DNA of 64,000 nucleotides from Antedon mediterranea (lineage: Eukaryota > Animalia > Echinodermata). Shown here in pieces: positions 1 to 12,984 of this stretch (positions are counted from its first letter, which is position 1; each line of letters starts with the position of its first letter). The notes under the pieces are model-generated. The model was not told where the DNA came from. It made no database searches and saw only the letters and a program-made list of their open reading frames with translations. Where the stretch lies: positions 13,499,432 to 13,563,431 of the forward strand of contig NC_092679.1 of the NCBI RefSeq assembly GCF_964355755.1. Direction: 5' to 3'. A program made the translations under genes and the position numbers.

Positions 1-121
1 TCAACAACCATTGAGCCTAGGAAGTTGAAGTGATCGATAACCTTTATATCCTCACCGTCGACTTGAACTTGTTGGTCATTTCTTTTTGCACAAACCATCA
101 CTTTTGTCTTGTTAACATTAT
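1..121 (-). mobile_element. LINE (RTE-like) reverse transcriptase fragment running off the window edge
   Basis: Minus strand translates NVNKTKVMVCAKRNDQQVQVDGEDIKVIDHFNFLGSMVV, the RT C-terminal N..KTKVM...F.(Y/F)LGS pattern. Confidence 0.75.
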
Positions 122-3100
122 GGAACTGTCCAGTATCCCTTTTAGGCTAATTTACACAGTCAAGCGGTAATGGTAAACTTGTATGTGTCTTGTTTGTTTG
201 TTTTTTATTTGTTGCTTAATCACCAAAATTCAAAAATTCATATACAAATGACAAAATGAGAGCAAGATGATAACTCTAGCTCTAGGGCTTGTTTCCATAG
301 GACCCCCCCCCCCACATATATGAAAAATCTTAATTAACAGGCTAATTGTAAATTAAAGTTGCATTTCAGAAGATGTTTTTCAATTGAATTTATGGTTTCC
401 AACATCCTTTAAAGTTTTTCATTCCATATTTTTATTGCATCAAAGTAGATGTTTTGAAGAATATTTTTGAAGAATATAATTATTTAGAATATCTCGTGTG
501 TTGTAATAATAATTGAATAAAATTAAATTTGTGTCCCACATAGAATCTCTATGCTGAGCGCATTTTCGCTCCATGTTTTGTGTAAATGGAAAAAAGAAAT
601 AACATAGATCCTATATTTTTGGTTTCTGCTTTACAATTCACATTGTGTAAATTGGCCTTAATAGGGGTGTCCCAAAGGAGGGGTTGTAACAAGTAAATGC
701 TCATATGATGTATTTTCTAGCAAGCAAGTATATTGGTTAAAAGTGGTGTTTTTTGGGCAATTTACAATTAACTGATGTTAGTAACAAAACAACTTATATA
801 ACAGTTCTTTAAACGTTAAGTTCCTTAATCTTGATAACTTCATTGATATTTTATTTGAGAAGAAAAAATGCACATTCAAATAAAACTATGAAACATAGGG
901 GAAGTTATAGATCGATAATTATTAGGATATAGATCAATAGTAATAATATCAATAAATAAGATATTCAAAATTGGGTTTATAGTCAAAACCATCTCAATTT
1001 TGATGCTATTAAAGGCAATTGCACAAAGCAGAAATTTACCCCCTTTTCTAAGGGCTTCTGAAGGCCATGCAGAAAAAATATCTTGGTTAGCATACTTTAA
1101 ATTAAATTAAAGGTGATAAGAATATCTTGTATCTGATGAGGTAATTGATTGTGTCAGCTTGCTGAGAAGATGGTATTCATAGAATGTGCCATTTACAATT
1201 TCATTAATTGATTAATGATCTCTGGAATTTAAAGAAAAACAAAACACACCACAATCATACAAAGTATTACTTAAGAAAAACATAAAGTTTATGATTCTAA
1301 GTAACAAATATAATTGGTAATATTATACAGGGGTTTGTCTAAACAGAAAATTAGATAATAATCTGATTAAAAGTTACCTGATGTCAAAATATATATATCA
1401 CCGTCACAAAACCTTGAATATTTATACATAATAATAAAATAAATATTAGTAAATTTGTTTATCAATAAATTTAGGCATATTGAACTATTTTACTTATTAT
1501 TATTATTTTTACATTAATTTTAAAATTTTGTTTAGCAATTGCTAATCATTTTTGTATAGAACATACTTTTTTTTATTGAATGTTTTGTTATAAAATTCTA
1601 TAGCTTTTTCCTTTGCCACACTGGCAAAATTATTCCCTAAGGCTGTGTTTATACAACTCCCTAAAGTTGAATCAGTCTTTAATTTTTAGCGTGTTGCACA
1701 GGCCGAGGTCAACCCCACAAAAACCTTGCAGTTATACATGAAATCGTAATACCGTGTTATACCGTAGTTCATAATCCTAAGTTGTACAATATACTTGCAT
1801 GCATTATGAATTAATATGAGTTTATATTAAGAATTTTAATAAAGGATGATTTCGTTTAAAATTTAGTTTATTCAATTATTGATTTTTTAAATCTGCTTTT
1901 GAAATTAGAAAAAAAATGTTTTAGAATTAGGATAAAACTATGCTACATTTTGCCAAATTATGCTAACATTTGATTAGCGTTAATTTTAAGTGCTAAATCA
2001 GTTAAAATATGCAAAAAAGCACAATTATCTACTAGATTTGGTCAACATTTTCACCGCACATACTTTTATTTAACGAGAGGTCAAAACAATACCCTGAGGA
2101 CACTTCCAACACGCCAACAGCAACCGGGAATCCACAAAATTTTAGGATTCAGCCAAGTAGCCTTTTTTGCAATTAAAATCTCATTACACGGAATCTCTTC
2201 GATGTTATACAACACACTTTTTGTAGGCGTGTGGAATATGCGTGTAATAGCGTGTTGTATAAACGCGCCCTTAGTTAGATGCATTGTTCCCAACAATTCA
2301 AAATGATTAAAATTCAAAAGTATCATCAGACAATTGAATTATACGAATGCTATTCACAACAAATTTGGACTTTTAGAAGTTCTAGGCTTACATATATTGG
2401 CTTTTGGTGGTCGTAGTATGCAAAAATTAGAATATAACAGTTAAAATCATAGATGAAATTTTAAATGACATAATTAATTATAAGTAAGTTTCTATTTGAG
2501 TTATGACACTGCAGATTAAATAAATTAAAAATGTTTTAAACTTTGCTGCCATATATCATTCATTTCATTGTTGATTTATTCTTAACATTCCAAAAACAAC
2601 TATAAAACAAAGATACTGCCTCAGCAGCTGTTTGATTACCTTGTGTAAACTCTGAATTTAATACCTTGACAATTATTTAATTAAAAGAAAATGTTTACCA
2701 ATGATGTGTTAGTCCATGGATGAACCTTCATGGTTATTCAAATTACAATGCAAATTTAATAAAGTAATATATGTACCGTCATTTTGAACAATGTCTTCTA
2801 GAATTCTATATTTAGAATCTATTATCATGATTTTTATAAGGGGGTGGTGGTCGACAATAATTATTTTAATTGATGTTTTATTGGGGAGGTGTTCCGGGCG
2901 TTTATTCAAATAAATACCGTCCTAATTGGTGTAATTAATACATTATTCCGCGACACAGTGAGCCGTTTTGACCTAAGAAGGAAGACGTTTTAGACGGCTT
3001 GCAACATGGGCAGAAGTATCCCAGGGCCCTAACGGGACACATAGCGCACAGTATACATAAAGTCCTGGCAGCTTACTCAACAACTCGGCTATCGGGGTTT

Positions 3101-4871
3101 CACTCGATTTCAAACAACAGCTCTTATCATCAGTTCTCCTGATGTAATTTTATATACTTAATCCCCAAAATATACTCTTATGTTTTATGAATATATTTAA
3201 TTGATCTTTATTAATGTACTACTGTACCTTCATACGTGCGGTCTGAAAATAAACAAAAAACTAAAATGGCTATCACCACCAACGGCCAACCAAGTTGAAA
3301 CCAACCATACAGGAAGTTGCACTGTGATTGACACACCTTACCATGAACCCAGAAATTACCTCTACCGCGCGTAGAGGTAAAAAGCTACCGATGAAATCAC
3401 AAATTTTGTTATAAAACCTTTTATAATATCTTCCTAAGATAGAAATATGGAACAATATCGTAATAGTGGAAACTAATGTTATCGCGGTACATCTGAGATA
3501 GATAAGGTTGCTATCTAAGGCGGAGATTTGTCCCGAAGTTTTTCCATTGTGCTCGCCTATGTCAGAATTAACCATAATTTATATATAGATTATTATTATT
3601 TATTGTTAGAGAAATAATAACATGGTCATAAAGGGCAAACATCAAAAGGGCAAACATTGAAAACTGAAAGTAAATGGGCAGGTACCATAAAAGGTTTCAA
3701 TATTATTGGATTTGGATATGTAACATAAACACTTTGTTGATATAATAAAGTTAGTGCAGTACACCACGTAATATACTGTAGTTCTGAAAAAACTCTTTTG
3801 TTTCTCGACGTATTGATCAATATACTTTGTATCGTATATTGAACGAAATGTGGATAAACTCACTGAGGAACACTCAAAACTATGTATATGGTGTACCGCA
3901 AACTTTATATCAGCATTTGATTTTGACATGAAAACCTTCAAACAATATAAACACTTTTCTTATTTGGTGGCTAGATTGTGCATAAAAAAAATTTTTTTTT
4001 TCTTTCTTCTTGCATAAAATTTGTTTTGTGTTTGTTAATGATGCTTTGCTGTGTGGCAAAGCCATTGTAAACATTTTAGGAAGATCAAAAATGGTAAATA
4101 GTCAAATTGCGAATCTATATATCACTGTAGGCATTAATCAGGGAATAAATCCTGTAGAAACCAGCATCTCTTCAAACTGTATTAAGCCTGTGCACCTTAA
4201 TATCCCATTGTAGCTAAAGTTGATTAATACTTAATAATGCTGTCGCATTTTGCACACACAGTGCTCAGATCCATTCTTAACATACTGAAAACAGACAGAC
4301 GTTAGGGAGTATATGAAACAGCATCTCTAAGTAAATTAATATTGTATTCGGTCTTTTTCCTCAAACTACTTTCCTCGTGGGGTTTTATTAAACGTTGATT
4401 TATTATCATTGTTTGAGCTGGAGTTAGTAGATACGTAATAATACACTATACCATACATCATTTACTAATAAGCTCATCGACTCATAGATTCTTATTATTT
4501 GGATCCCATACTTTAGTTTGTCAATTAAGTACAAATTTAAAAAATGTTTCATGTTGATGTATGCTGTAGAGTAAAGAAAGGTATAAGCAATAAAAACATG
4601 TCTGAATATTGTATTCATTTAAATAATTACCCTTGTTTCTTGATTTACCAAGCAACAATGCTGTTTAATCAAAAAGTCATTCTGTGGACGTTCAGAAACA
4701 AATAAAAGAATTACTGATTGAGGTTCAATAGCTGCAAATTTGTATGGTACATTGTGAAAACGAATGTTGATAAGCAAACAAGCAGACGCAAATAGAAATA
4801 TAACATATTAAAAGTATAAAGCTTTGCCTCTTAATTCATTTTAAACGTATGTATATTTTTGCATGTCTTAA

Positions 4872-5490
4872 AGACACCTTCCCTACAATTTGTGACGTTT
4901 TGTAAAAATAATACATATATATTACTTTCAAAACATTAAACCAGGTCATTCCTTGTCCTAAATGTACGTTTTATGGTAAATTATGATAAAAAGTGAGAAA
5001 CAATGCACTACCTAAGTAGCTGGAGGCGACTGACCTCTCGTGGACGGTCTTAGGCCTAGCCTAGCTAGGCTTAGTTTTGTAGGCCTAGCTGGTAAACATC
5101 GGTAACGTACGCTAGCTATATACCTAGCCTGACGTTGTATAGTTGCTGCATTAATTGTCTTTCTATTTTTGCCAGACTCCGTTGATACAAATTGGGGAAA
5201 ACCCGGTATTTTCGCTGAAAAGTTAGGAGTCTTCCATTTGTTTTGGCCTCACGATCGATCGAAAAGTGGGTGAATTACAGAAGAAAAACAGAAATATCAA
5301 TCCATGCGCAATGCATTTTGGGATTTATAGGGGGCCGCTATAACTATTAGAATCGACTTATTTTCCACATTTTTAACCATTTAAAGACGAAAAAAGTTAT
5401 CGCAATAGGACCACATAGTATTATTTTTACATTAAATATAGTTTGTGATCTTAAATTACAGTAGATCTAAAAAACGTAGGGAAGGTGTCT
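4872..5490. mobile_element. Non-autonomous DNA transposon, Kolobok-like MITE
   Basis: Perfect 15-bp TIR AGACACCTTCCCTAC / GTAGGGAAGGTGTCT flanked by TTAA on both sides, AG...CT termini. Confidence 0.8.
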
Positions 5491-8172
5491 TTAAACTCAA
5501 TTGAACTTTGACCCCCCAAAAATAACTGCAAACAATACAATACTATATACTGTACCTCCATGAAATGAACATTGCCACTAAGCCAAATTAAAATTTAAAA
5601 AAAATACTTTTTACTGAAAAGTTCAATTCACATTAGTGAGGAGCTTCAAGTCAAATATTTATATCTTAGCTAATTACAGTACTGTAGGTGATGATTAAAG
5701 ACTTCATTTTCACTATGCTGTAAAAATAATAGTATTACAAATTAGGATTACAATTATCTTCATTTCTTCATCATAGTTTATATCAAATGAAACAATTCAA
5801 ATTAAATTTAATTTGTGTTTACCAAGGCCAAGTATTAGCCTGCACAGTTACAACTGAAAATGCAGAAACAAAAGATTCACGGCTGTGGAGAGGTTAATTC
5901 ATTTCAACACAGAAACTGCTGTGGCAAAAATGCGATAAAGCTGGATTAAACTCCTTCACATAGAAGGTGATATTGTGGTAATCTTTTTTAAAGAAAAAGT
6001 TGCAAAATTAGCGTATTTACAGAATAAACCCTGCAAAAGACCACATATTTTCAACATTTACAATTGTTTTACTATGTTTGCTGGATATACCAGGCATTAC
6101 AGAGCAGATTTGTATATTTAACCAACAGTTTATAATATAAAGGCATATACAGTAGTTCTCCTGAGCAATAATGGATAACTACATGTATGCCCCTTCAGTC
6201 AAGTCAACTCATTCTGCCATGCCATCTGTCACATGACTTCCTGCCAAATATCTCTATGGTGGATGAGCTGACCAACATAGAATTCATCTTCAACGCAACA
6301 CAAGAAAATTCCCTTCCAGTAATTGTGTTTGCGTCTGCGTGAAATCAAACCTGCTTAGTTGCGCGTAGTAGTTGCCATAAACTTTTACCTGGTTCATCCT
6401 GCGTACTACAAGTTGTACTATGTTTCTCCTAAGTCCTTGCCTTGCGTTATCATGAATTGATTTCCCATAGCAACATTTGCAGCAATATTGCGTCGTCGGT
6501 TGCCACTTGTGATTTACGCAATACAAAATGCTGCGTTAATATGTCGCTGCTGGAACCAAGCTTAAGGATATAGTTTCTTGATGTGTGATAGTGTGATAAT
6601 CCATATACAGTATCTCACCTCAAACAAAACATTGCCTGTGTCCTTAGGCAAGACACTTTACTTATATTTGCTTCTATCCACAACTTTGCACTGATTATGG
6701 CTGCAACATTATGAAGTATATTTTACATGTTTGACCAAAATAGCTGGGGTAAAAATGTGAAAGCATCATTTGAACATGTATATATGGAATGTGTACTTTA
6801 TAAATGAATACAAAAATGAAAATATTATTTCCATACTGGGATTTGGTGCAGGTGAACCTGATAAACAGCACGCCTCACACATCATGAAAGATGCCCTGGG
6901 TTCCGAGTGCGACCATAAGCCATAATAATGCCTACACTTCCTAGACCTCCATTTTAAGTCATTATTCGAGAAGACTTTATCACCTATATTAGGAGAGACT
7001 TAAACTTGTGCCAACATTATGACTTTGGTTTGCGGCCATGTGACTCTCCCAGCCAGAGAAACTTTTTAGCAAGCCCCATAAGTAGCCTCTTTCTAGCTGA
7101 CATAATTTAACATACAGCTACTCTTTGCTGTCTGCCACCTGCTGTAAGGTTTTGTAGCTTAGCTAACCCATATATCTCAGCTAATAGGGTGACAATTATC
7201 GACATTATTTGCACTCAACTAGCATCAAAATCATTGCAATTGTTGATAATTGACACTAGAAAATATGAAGCTCATTGTTGTTGAATGGTGCTGTCAGCTG
7301 TCTGGCAACAGCAGACATCTGTTCAGCTGTGTAGTATACCACACGCAACTATGTGTAATTGACATTAGAAATCTATACAACAATGTATATGTAGCTGTAT
7401 ACATGTTTGAGAGATCCTTACAGGTGATTCAAACATACCCAGTAGCATAAAAAGTTAAATGAATTGTTTGACTGAGCTCATCGCACTTAGATATATACTG
7501 TATATGTATATATCGCACTTTTTATATAGCCAAATCTTTAATCTGTGTACACTCCTATCTTGACCAACTTTTTAATTTGGAAAGACTTTCATTCGGAGTC
7601 GATTGCTTACAGCATCACTCAATAAATTTTCCTGATCTACCTACAATTCTATTCTTCTAAGAATTGACAATTAACAAAAAGTATCAACTATAGCTAGGTA
7701 TATGACAGATTAGATTTTGAGGATTAAAGAAAACAATGGAAAATCAGTGTAGGGTCTAATAAGCAAGTTACGCTAGTTAGATTTTCACAATGATTTCCAA
7801 ACTTTTCTTGAAATTTTCTATTTTTGTAATTTTAGATAACTTATTGGAATATTTTTTTTACTTGTTGTTTGTGTAATACTAATACAATTGCCAAAGGACA
7901 TAAATTGTAACAAATTGGATGAATCAATATACAGTACCTTGGCAGGCATACAAAGACAGATAGCGGAGTCAAAGTACAGCTAATACTATTTACCAAATAA
8001 TACATTATTAGGAAAATTGATGTAACAAAAATGTTTTATTTATGTCTTGTTGTCTTGTAAAACTCTTAAATCACAAAACTAAAATGAAATCATTAATTTA
8101 TTCATCAGGCTCTGTTGATCCATTGTTTTGGGTTAAGCCTCGTCCAAAAATTTTCCATTTTCTTCTGTCATG

Positions 8173-8241
8173 TCATTTTCGTCTAGGTTGCTGTGTTAGT
8201 GATTTTAGTGATTTCATCTTTTCTTTTGTCTTTCTCTTATT
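8173..8241 (-). CDS. Possible alternative terminal exon encoding a basic tail (NKRKTKEKMKSLKSLTQQPRRK*)
   Basis: Acceptor tttatttgatttaaAG, phase 0, purine-rich exon-like sequence, AATAAA on - at 8097-8102. Phase-compatible with DTD1 exon 5 or exon 7. Confidence 0.4.
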   Translation of the reverse strand, partial: NKRKTKEKMKSLKSLTQQPRRK

Positions 8242-8626
8242 CTTTAAATCAAATAAATTCTCTTTAAATGATTAATTTCAAATATTTAAATTAATTCATC
8301 AATTGCGTTCTCTTTAAAGGGGAACTAAAGTGAACATTCAATATTTATGACTTCTAAAAAGCTATTTGAATTGAAAAAGAATTTGTTTAATGCTCTATTT
8401 GAGCGATTTTGTAAATTTATACTGCCAAAGAATTGTTAATGCTAGCATTTTCACTGCTATAGCGCTGCTCTTTGATGTTGTAAAACTCAACGAGATGTTA
8501 TCAATAAAGTGTTTCAAATTGATTCTGGATCAATGCTGAAATCATGGTAAGCAAAAGAATGTAGTTTAGCATTTATAACCATTCTAAAAATAAGACCGAA
8601 AAGAATTTATGTTTGTTTATAATTCG

Positions 8627-8915
8627 AGTCAAATGGCCGAGCGATTAAGGCAGTGGTGCCGTTTTCTGTACCTAAAGAGCCAACAATATCAGCATGGGTT
8701 CAATGTCGACTCGCTCCTAGCTGGTAGTGGAACAAGTTTTCTCGGATAAAACTATAACCTTTGCCTGTGTACATTTTAAAGAACCTAGGTAGGGGATTAC
8801 ACCAGTGAACTGGTTCATAAAATAGACTACCACCTATCTGATAGGACAGTGATTAATTCACTATTGGTAATCCTTGGCCACATGTGCAAAAAGACAAATA
8901 CATTTTTTTAATAAT
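8627..8915 (+). mobile_element. tRNA-derived SINE
   Basis: A-box-like TGGCCGAGCGATT, B-box-like GGGTTCAATGTC, (TAA)n tail. Related copies at ~22040-22236(-), ~29222-29415(+), ~61850-62105(-). Confidence 0.7.
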
Positions 8916-9982
8916 AATAATGTTGGAGGAAAAAAAAAAATTTTATCAAATCTAGGGTCAGGCTAATTGAGCATTACATTTGTTTAATGTAATTTCATAC
9001 ATAATTGAATTTCTTATATCATGTACCCTCAATTTTGTTTAAATTATAGATTTTTGCTAAGTAACACAAAATCAGCTTTAAAAAATGAAAAAACAAAAGA
9101 AAAACCGACCAATCCTTTTTTTAATGTAACAATTATTGTTACATTACATACAAACAAAATAGATGTGATATTTATAGATTTTTTTTAGAAGAATAGTAAG
9201 GCTATAATATTTAATATGTCAATGAAAATGTGTTATACATAGTTATAAAAAACAATTTATTAAAGCTGAATTGTTAAAAGAAAACCTACTGTAGGCCTGG
9301 GGGAAATTTACTAATTGTTATTACACAAAATAAAGAATTATTCTTCATCACTGAGAGTGTAAGTAAGTACCTAGATTTATAGAACCTGTAATGTTGCCTA
9401 TCTATTGAATGTCCAACATATCAATCAATAACATACAGTACTAAAACAACCTACGGTTTTATCTCATCCTCCTCATACGATCTGTTAGTCGTTTGTTTAT
9501 AACTCTTAATCGCCAACGGAGCCTTGCTTTGTGGTTGTCAGTATGACAACACCGATTTAAAAACTTGCATGAATTTTAATCATTAAAAGCTTACGAGAAA
9601 ACTACAGGCAGTATCAGTAAACAATTATGATAGAAATTTACTAAATTTAGCTATGAAATGAATAGATGGTAATTAATTCTGTCTTCTGAAATATAAACCT
9701 AGCAAGACATACTACAGTATGTAGTTATGTAACTGTTCTATTTTCTGTATCGATATTCTAATTTGCTATATAGATAAATGTACATTTATGTCTTGGTGAC
9801 TCACTATTCAATAAGCAACGGATTTGAAGATATAATGAAAATTCTAACATCATCTTTAGATGCTTTTAAAAATATTAGTCTGCCAAGTGGAATGACATTT
9901 CATGTACAAAACAAAAAACACAATTTGCATAATATGTCTTTGTTTTGATAAAATATTTCCTAGAAACCATGTAAAAAACCAC

Positions 9983-10018
<36 letters not shown>
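9983..10018. repeat. (TAT)n microsatellite
   Basis: Directly visible run of TAT/TTA triplets. Confidence 0.95.
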
Positions 10019-10021
<3 letters not shown>

Positions 10022-10528
10022 ATGGAATTGGGTTAGCATCAAATTTGTGTTAAAGAACGAAGTTTTTTTTAATAGAAGTTATTGTGGAGGTGTATTATTC
10101 AATGAAATATTGTTTGAATTTTTGGGGGGATTTAGCATCACCCAAAAGAGATTAAATGAATTTATACTGCTCATAAATGTGTTTCTTTGAATGTACAGTT
10201 TGTAGCATTAGAGGAATAAATTACAATTTTAGTTGAAACTGCTTAAGGAAATTTAATTTGAAGTATTAAATTTGCCCTATAGTATTAAAAAAGCTTTCTC
10301 ATACATATTCATATAAATATGTTATTGTTAGGTTTACTGAGGTGATACTTGATGCAGCTAGAGTCTTTTATGCTGTATTTTGTATTTTTAGATTTTTTTG
10401 TACATAATTTATTTAAATGAACATTTTTATCAGAATGTAAATTTGACACAATTCAGATTTTTCTGCAATGCAATTTTTTTTAATACACTAAATTTTAATT
10501 GAATTGAACATATCCATATCTGATTTGT

Positions 10529-10671
10529 CTAATCTTTGTCTTGTGATTCAGCTTGCTTTGTTGGTAATACATTGCATGTAGTAGAACTAAGGCCTCTGCA
10601 ATCCAGGTCTAATTTTTCCAATCCTGGAACTTTGTGACGAAACAGAACGTTTTTCTTTTGTAAGAACTCTT
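10529..10671 (-). CDS. Putative terminal coding exon of the DTD1-PAH isoform
   Basis: Acceptor tttcatgttcAG. The phase-1 frame is open for 46 codons (E-EFLQKKNVLFRHKVPGLEKLDLDCRGLSSTTCNVLPTKQAESQDKD*). AATAAA on - at 10408-10413 is weak support in AT-rich DNA. Confidence 0.55.
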
Positions 10672-11077
10672 CTGAACATGAAATTATTTAGTGAGGTTAT
10701 TATAACAACATATCTAGGAAGATCATCAGATATATTGATAAATCATCTCCACCCGATAAGAAACCCTATTGATTGAAACTTAAAGTATCCTTATGTTTTA
10801 CCAGATATGTTACACTATAAAATAAAAAAACTAATTTGGTTGACTTCCAGTAAGGTCCATACATACTGAATTACCTTAATAGATAAAAAACAAGGCATTG
10901 TCATCATTATTATTATGAAAGGTCTAAAACCCTCTAAAAATAAAAAAAAAATCATGTGTAAATGCCACAAAGCATCCCATTAAAAAGGTATGATGATATA
11001 AATAGAAAGATATAATAAAAGGTCAAAGCTTTTAGATCTTAAGTGAAAAAGTTTAAATTTCCCATACAGAAATTTAC

Positions 11078-11099
11078 CTTTGCGAAAGTCAGAGCAGAA
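11078..11099 (-). CDS. Putative 22-nt microexon (FCSDFRK+G)
   Basis: Acceptor ttctacttttctaccacAG, donor AAG|GTaaat. Phase 0 to 1 exactly bridges exon 7 to the long open frame of the 10529-10671 exon. Confidence 0.55.
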
Positions 11100-11359
11100 C
11101 TGTGGTAGAAAAGTAGAACAGTTTAGGTATGGACATAAACTGCTTTGAAACATAAGTTAAATTTATACTGGTTTACAAAATCAATAACAACATGAACATG
11201 TTAGTTAATGGACAACTATATTCAGTACACTATATTCATAAAGTTTTAAAAAACTTATAAAACATGGTGAGTAGAAGAGTTCTTGCTTTTGTGATCTTAA
11301 AATGAATAATAGATGACATTTGAATGCATAATATTCTAAAATGGTTATTTCTATGGTTC

Positions 11360-12083
11360 TTTTGTTATACAATTCATGTAAACAAAATTTTCTTGAACTA
11401 AATGCCAAAAAAACTAAAGAGGTTATTGTCGATTTTAGAAGGAAAAATAAAACTAATCATGTAAATATTGAAATCGATAATGAAATTGTTGAAATAGTAG
11501 AAAGTCATAAGTACTTGGGATTAATAATTGATAATAAACTAAATTGGCAGAGCAACACTAAAGAACTCCGTACCAAGGCTAATAAGAGAATGTACTTTAT
11601 ATACAAAATGAAATGGTTTAATGTTAGTTCTCATCTCATTCATATGTTTTATTCCTCTGTTGTTCCTTGGTTTTCTCATATCAATGTAAACAGTAAAAGT
11701 CAAATTCAGAGATTAGTAAACAAGGCCAGCAGAGTTATTGGTGTAGAAGTGAAATCTTTAGATGAAATGTTTAATACATTCATACTTAAGAAATTTGACA
11801 TAATTATCAAGACCCATCACACCCATTACATTCAGACATCATTATAAGTAGATCAGGAAGGGTTAGACTGACACAGGAAAAAATATCCACAAACCGTTTC
11901 AGATTTTCACCAATGTACGTAGCATGCAATTTATTTAACAAAAACTTTTCAAGATAGTCACTTGTATCATTTGTATTTATTTATAGTTATCACATCGTAT
12001 TATTTATTCTACTCAGGTACAAAACATATCTCGAAATTGTTAACAATTTTGACAATAAAGTTATCTTGTATCTTGTATCTTGT
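11360..12083 (+). mobile_element. 5'-truncated LINE (Rex/Babar- or CR1-group-like) 3' end
   Basis: ORF 11341-11847 has LELNAKKTKEVIVDFRRK...HKYLGLIIDNKLNW, typical of the RT C-terminus. Frameshifted near its end; finishes with AATAAA and a (TCTTGTA)n tail. Confidence 0.88.
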
Positions 12084-12569
12084 AATATAGTTTAGATGTT
12101 GATAGGAAACATTTTGAATGATCATGAAAACAACACATATAAAAAACATATATCTAAACACTCCCACCTGCATGTAGAACTCTCTTAAAAGAGAAACGAA
12201 ATTAAAATTGCCTAACGCAAGATTAATAAAGAATTTGAATTTGCCTTTAAACTCTTGTTTGGAAAGAATGTTACTTTAAGATGACATAGAAAACTGGCAG
12301 AAACAAAAACAAATGGCACACCATCAAGAACGCCACAAACAAAATTAATTCTTAACAACATATAGTTATGGTCTTGTATCGACTAGTGAGATCACATTAG
12401 CACTGGACAGACTTGATTAATTAAACACTTTCGTTCCAAAAAAACTCAAGGCCAGTGCGTATTACAATAATATTTTTCAAGTTCCGATAATATAATATAT
12501 AGTGCTATAAACTCTTTAGAGTATTATAGGTTTGTTTTGTATGCACCATAAAAGAAAGTAGTAACTTAC

Positions 12570-12774
12570 CCGGGTTGCGTCAACATGTTCCTTCAATCTT
12601 TCTAGTGTCATATTAATTGTAGATTGAGGTAGTTGTACACGTACTTGATGTGCATCGTTGTTCTGGACCGAGATGGAATGACCAGAAGGTAGGAATGGAG
12701 AAAACCCACATAGGAGATCTTTATGACCAATGAAATTTTGGCAGATATTTAACATCATTTTGGCAATTGATGTG
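12570..12774 (-). CDS. Putative DTD1 exon 7: C-terminal half of the PAH domain
   Basis: Strong acceptor tttcttttttatttAG, donor CGG|GTAAGT, 205 nt, phase 2 to 0, in frame with exon 6. Encodes STSIAKMMLNICQNFIGHKDLLCGFSPFLPSGHSISVQNNDAHQVRVQLPQSTINMTLERLKEHVDATR, containing the PAH signature F.GH.DL..GF..FLP.G..I. Confidence 0.8.
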
Positions 12775-12984
12775 CTAAATAAAAAAGAAAATGAAATTAA
12801 AATCCATATGTTTCAATAAAAAAAAAAAAGATAAATGCATACATATAAAAAAGAACACTTTATAAATTAATGAACTCAATTTTATAGTAGACTGCAGAAT
12901 TCCAGTAAAGTCTGGTAAAGGGCAACCACTTTACTCATTCCGATAACTATGTTCTTTAACCTTATCATTTTGCCACTAGACTAC

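Noticed and set aside
2081-7450. Short 60-100 aa ORFs in the left part of the window
   Set aside because: No recognisable motifs, AT-rich codon noise and no consistent splice-site framework.
11078-11139. Longer version of the microexon from an upstream CAG acceptor
   Set aside because: Contains an in-frame TGA and has a poorer pyrimidine tract.
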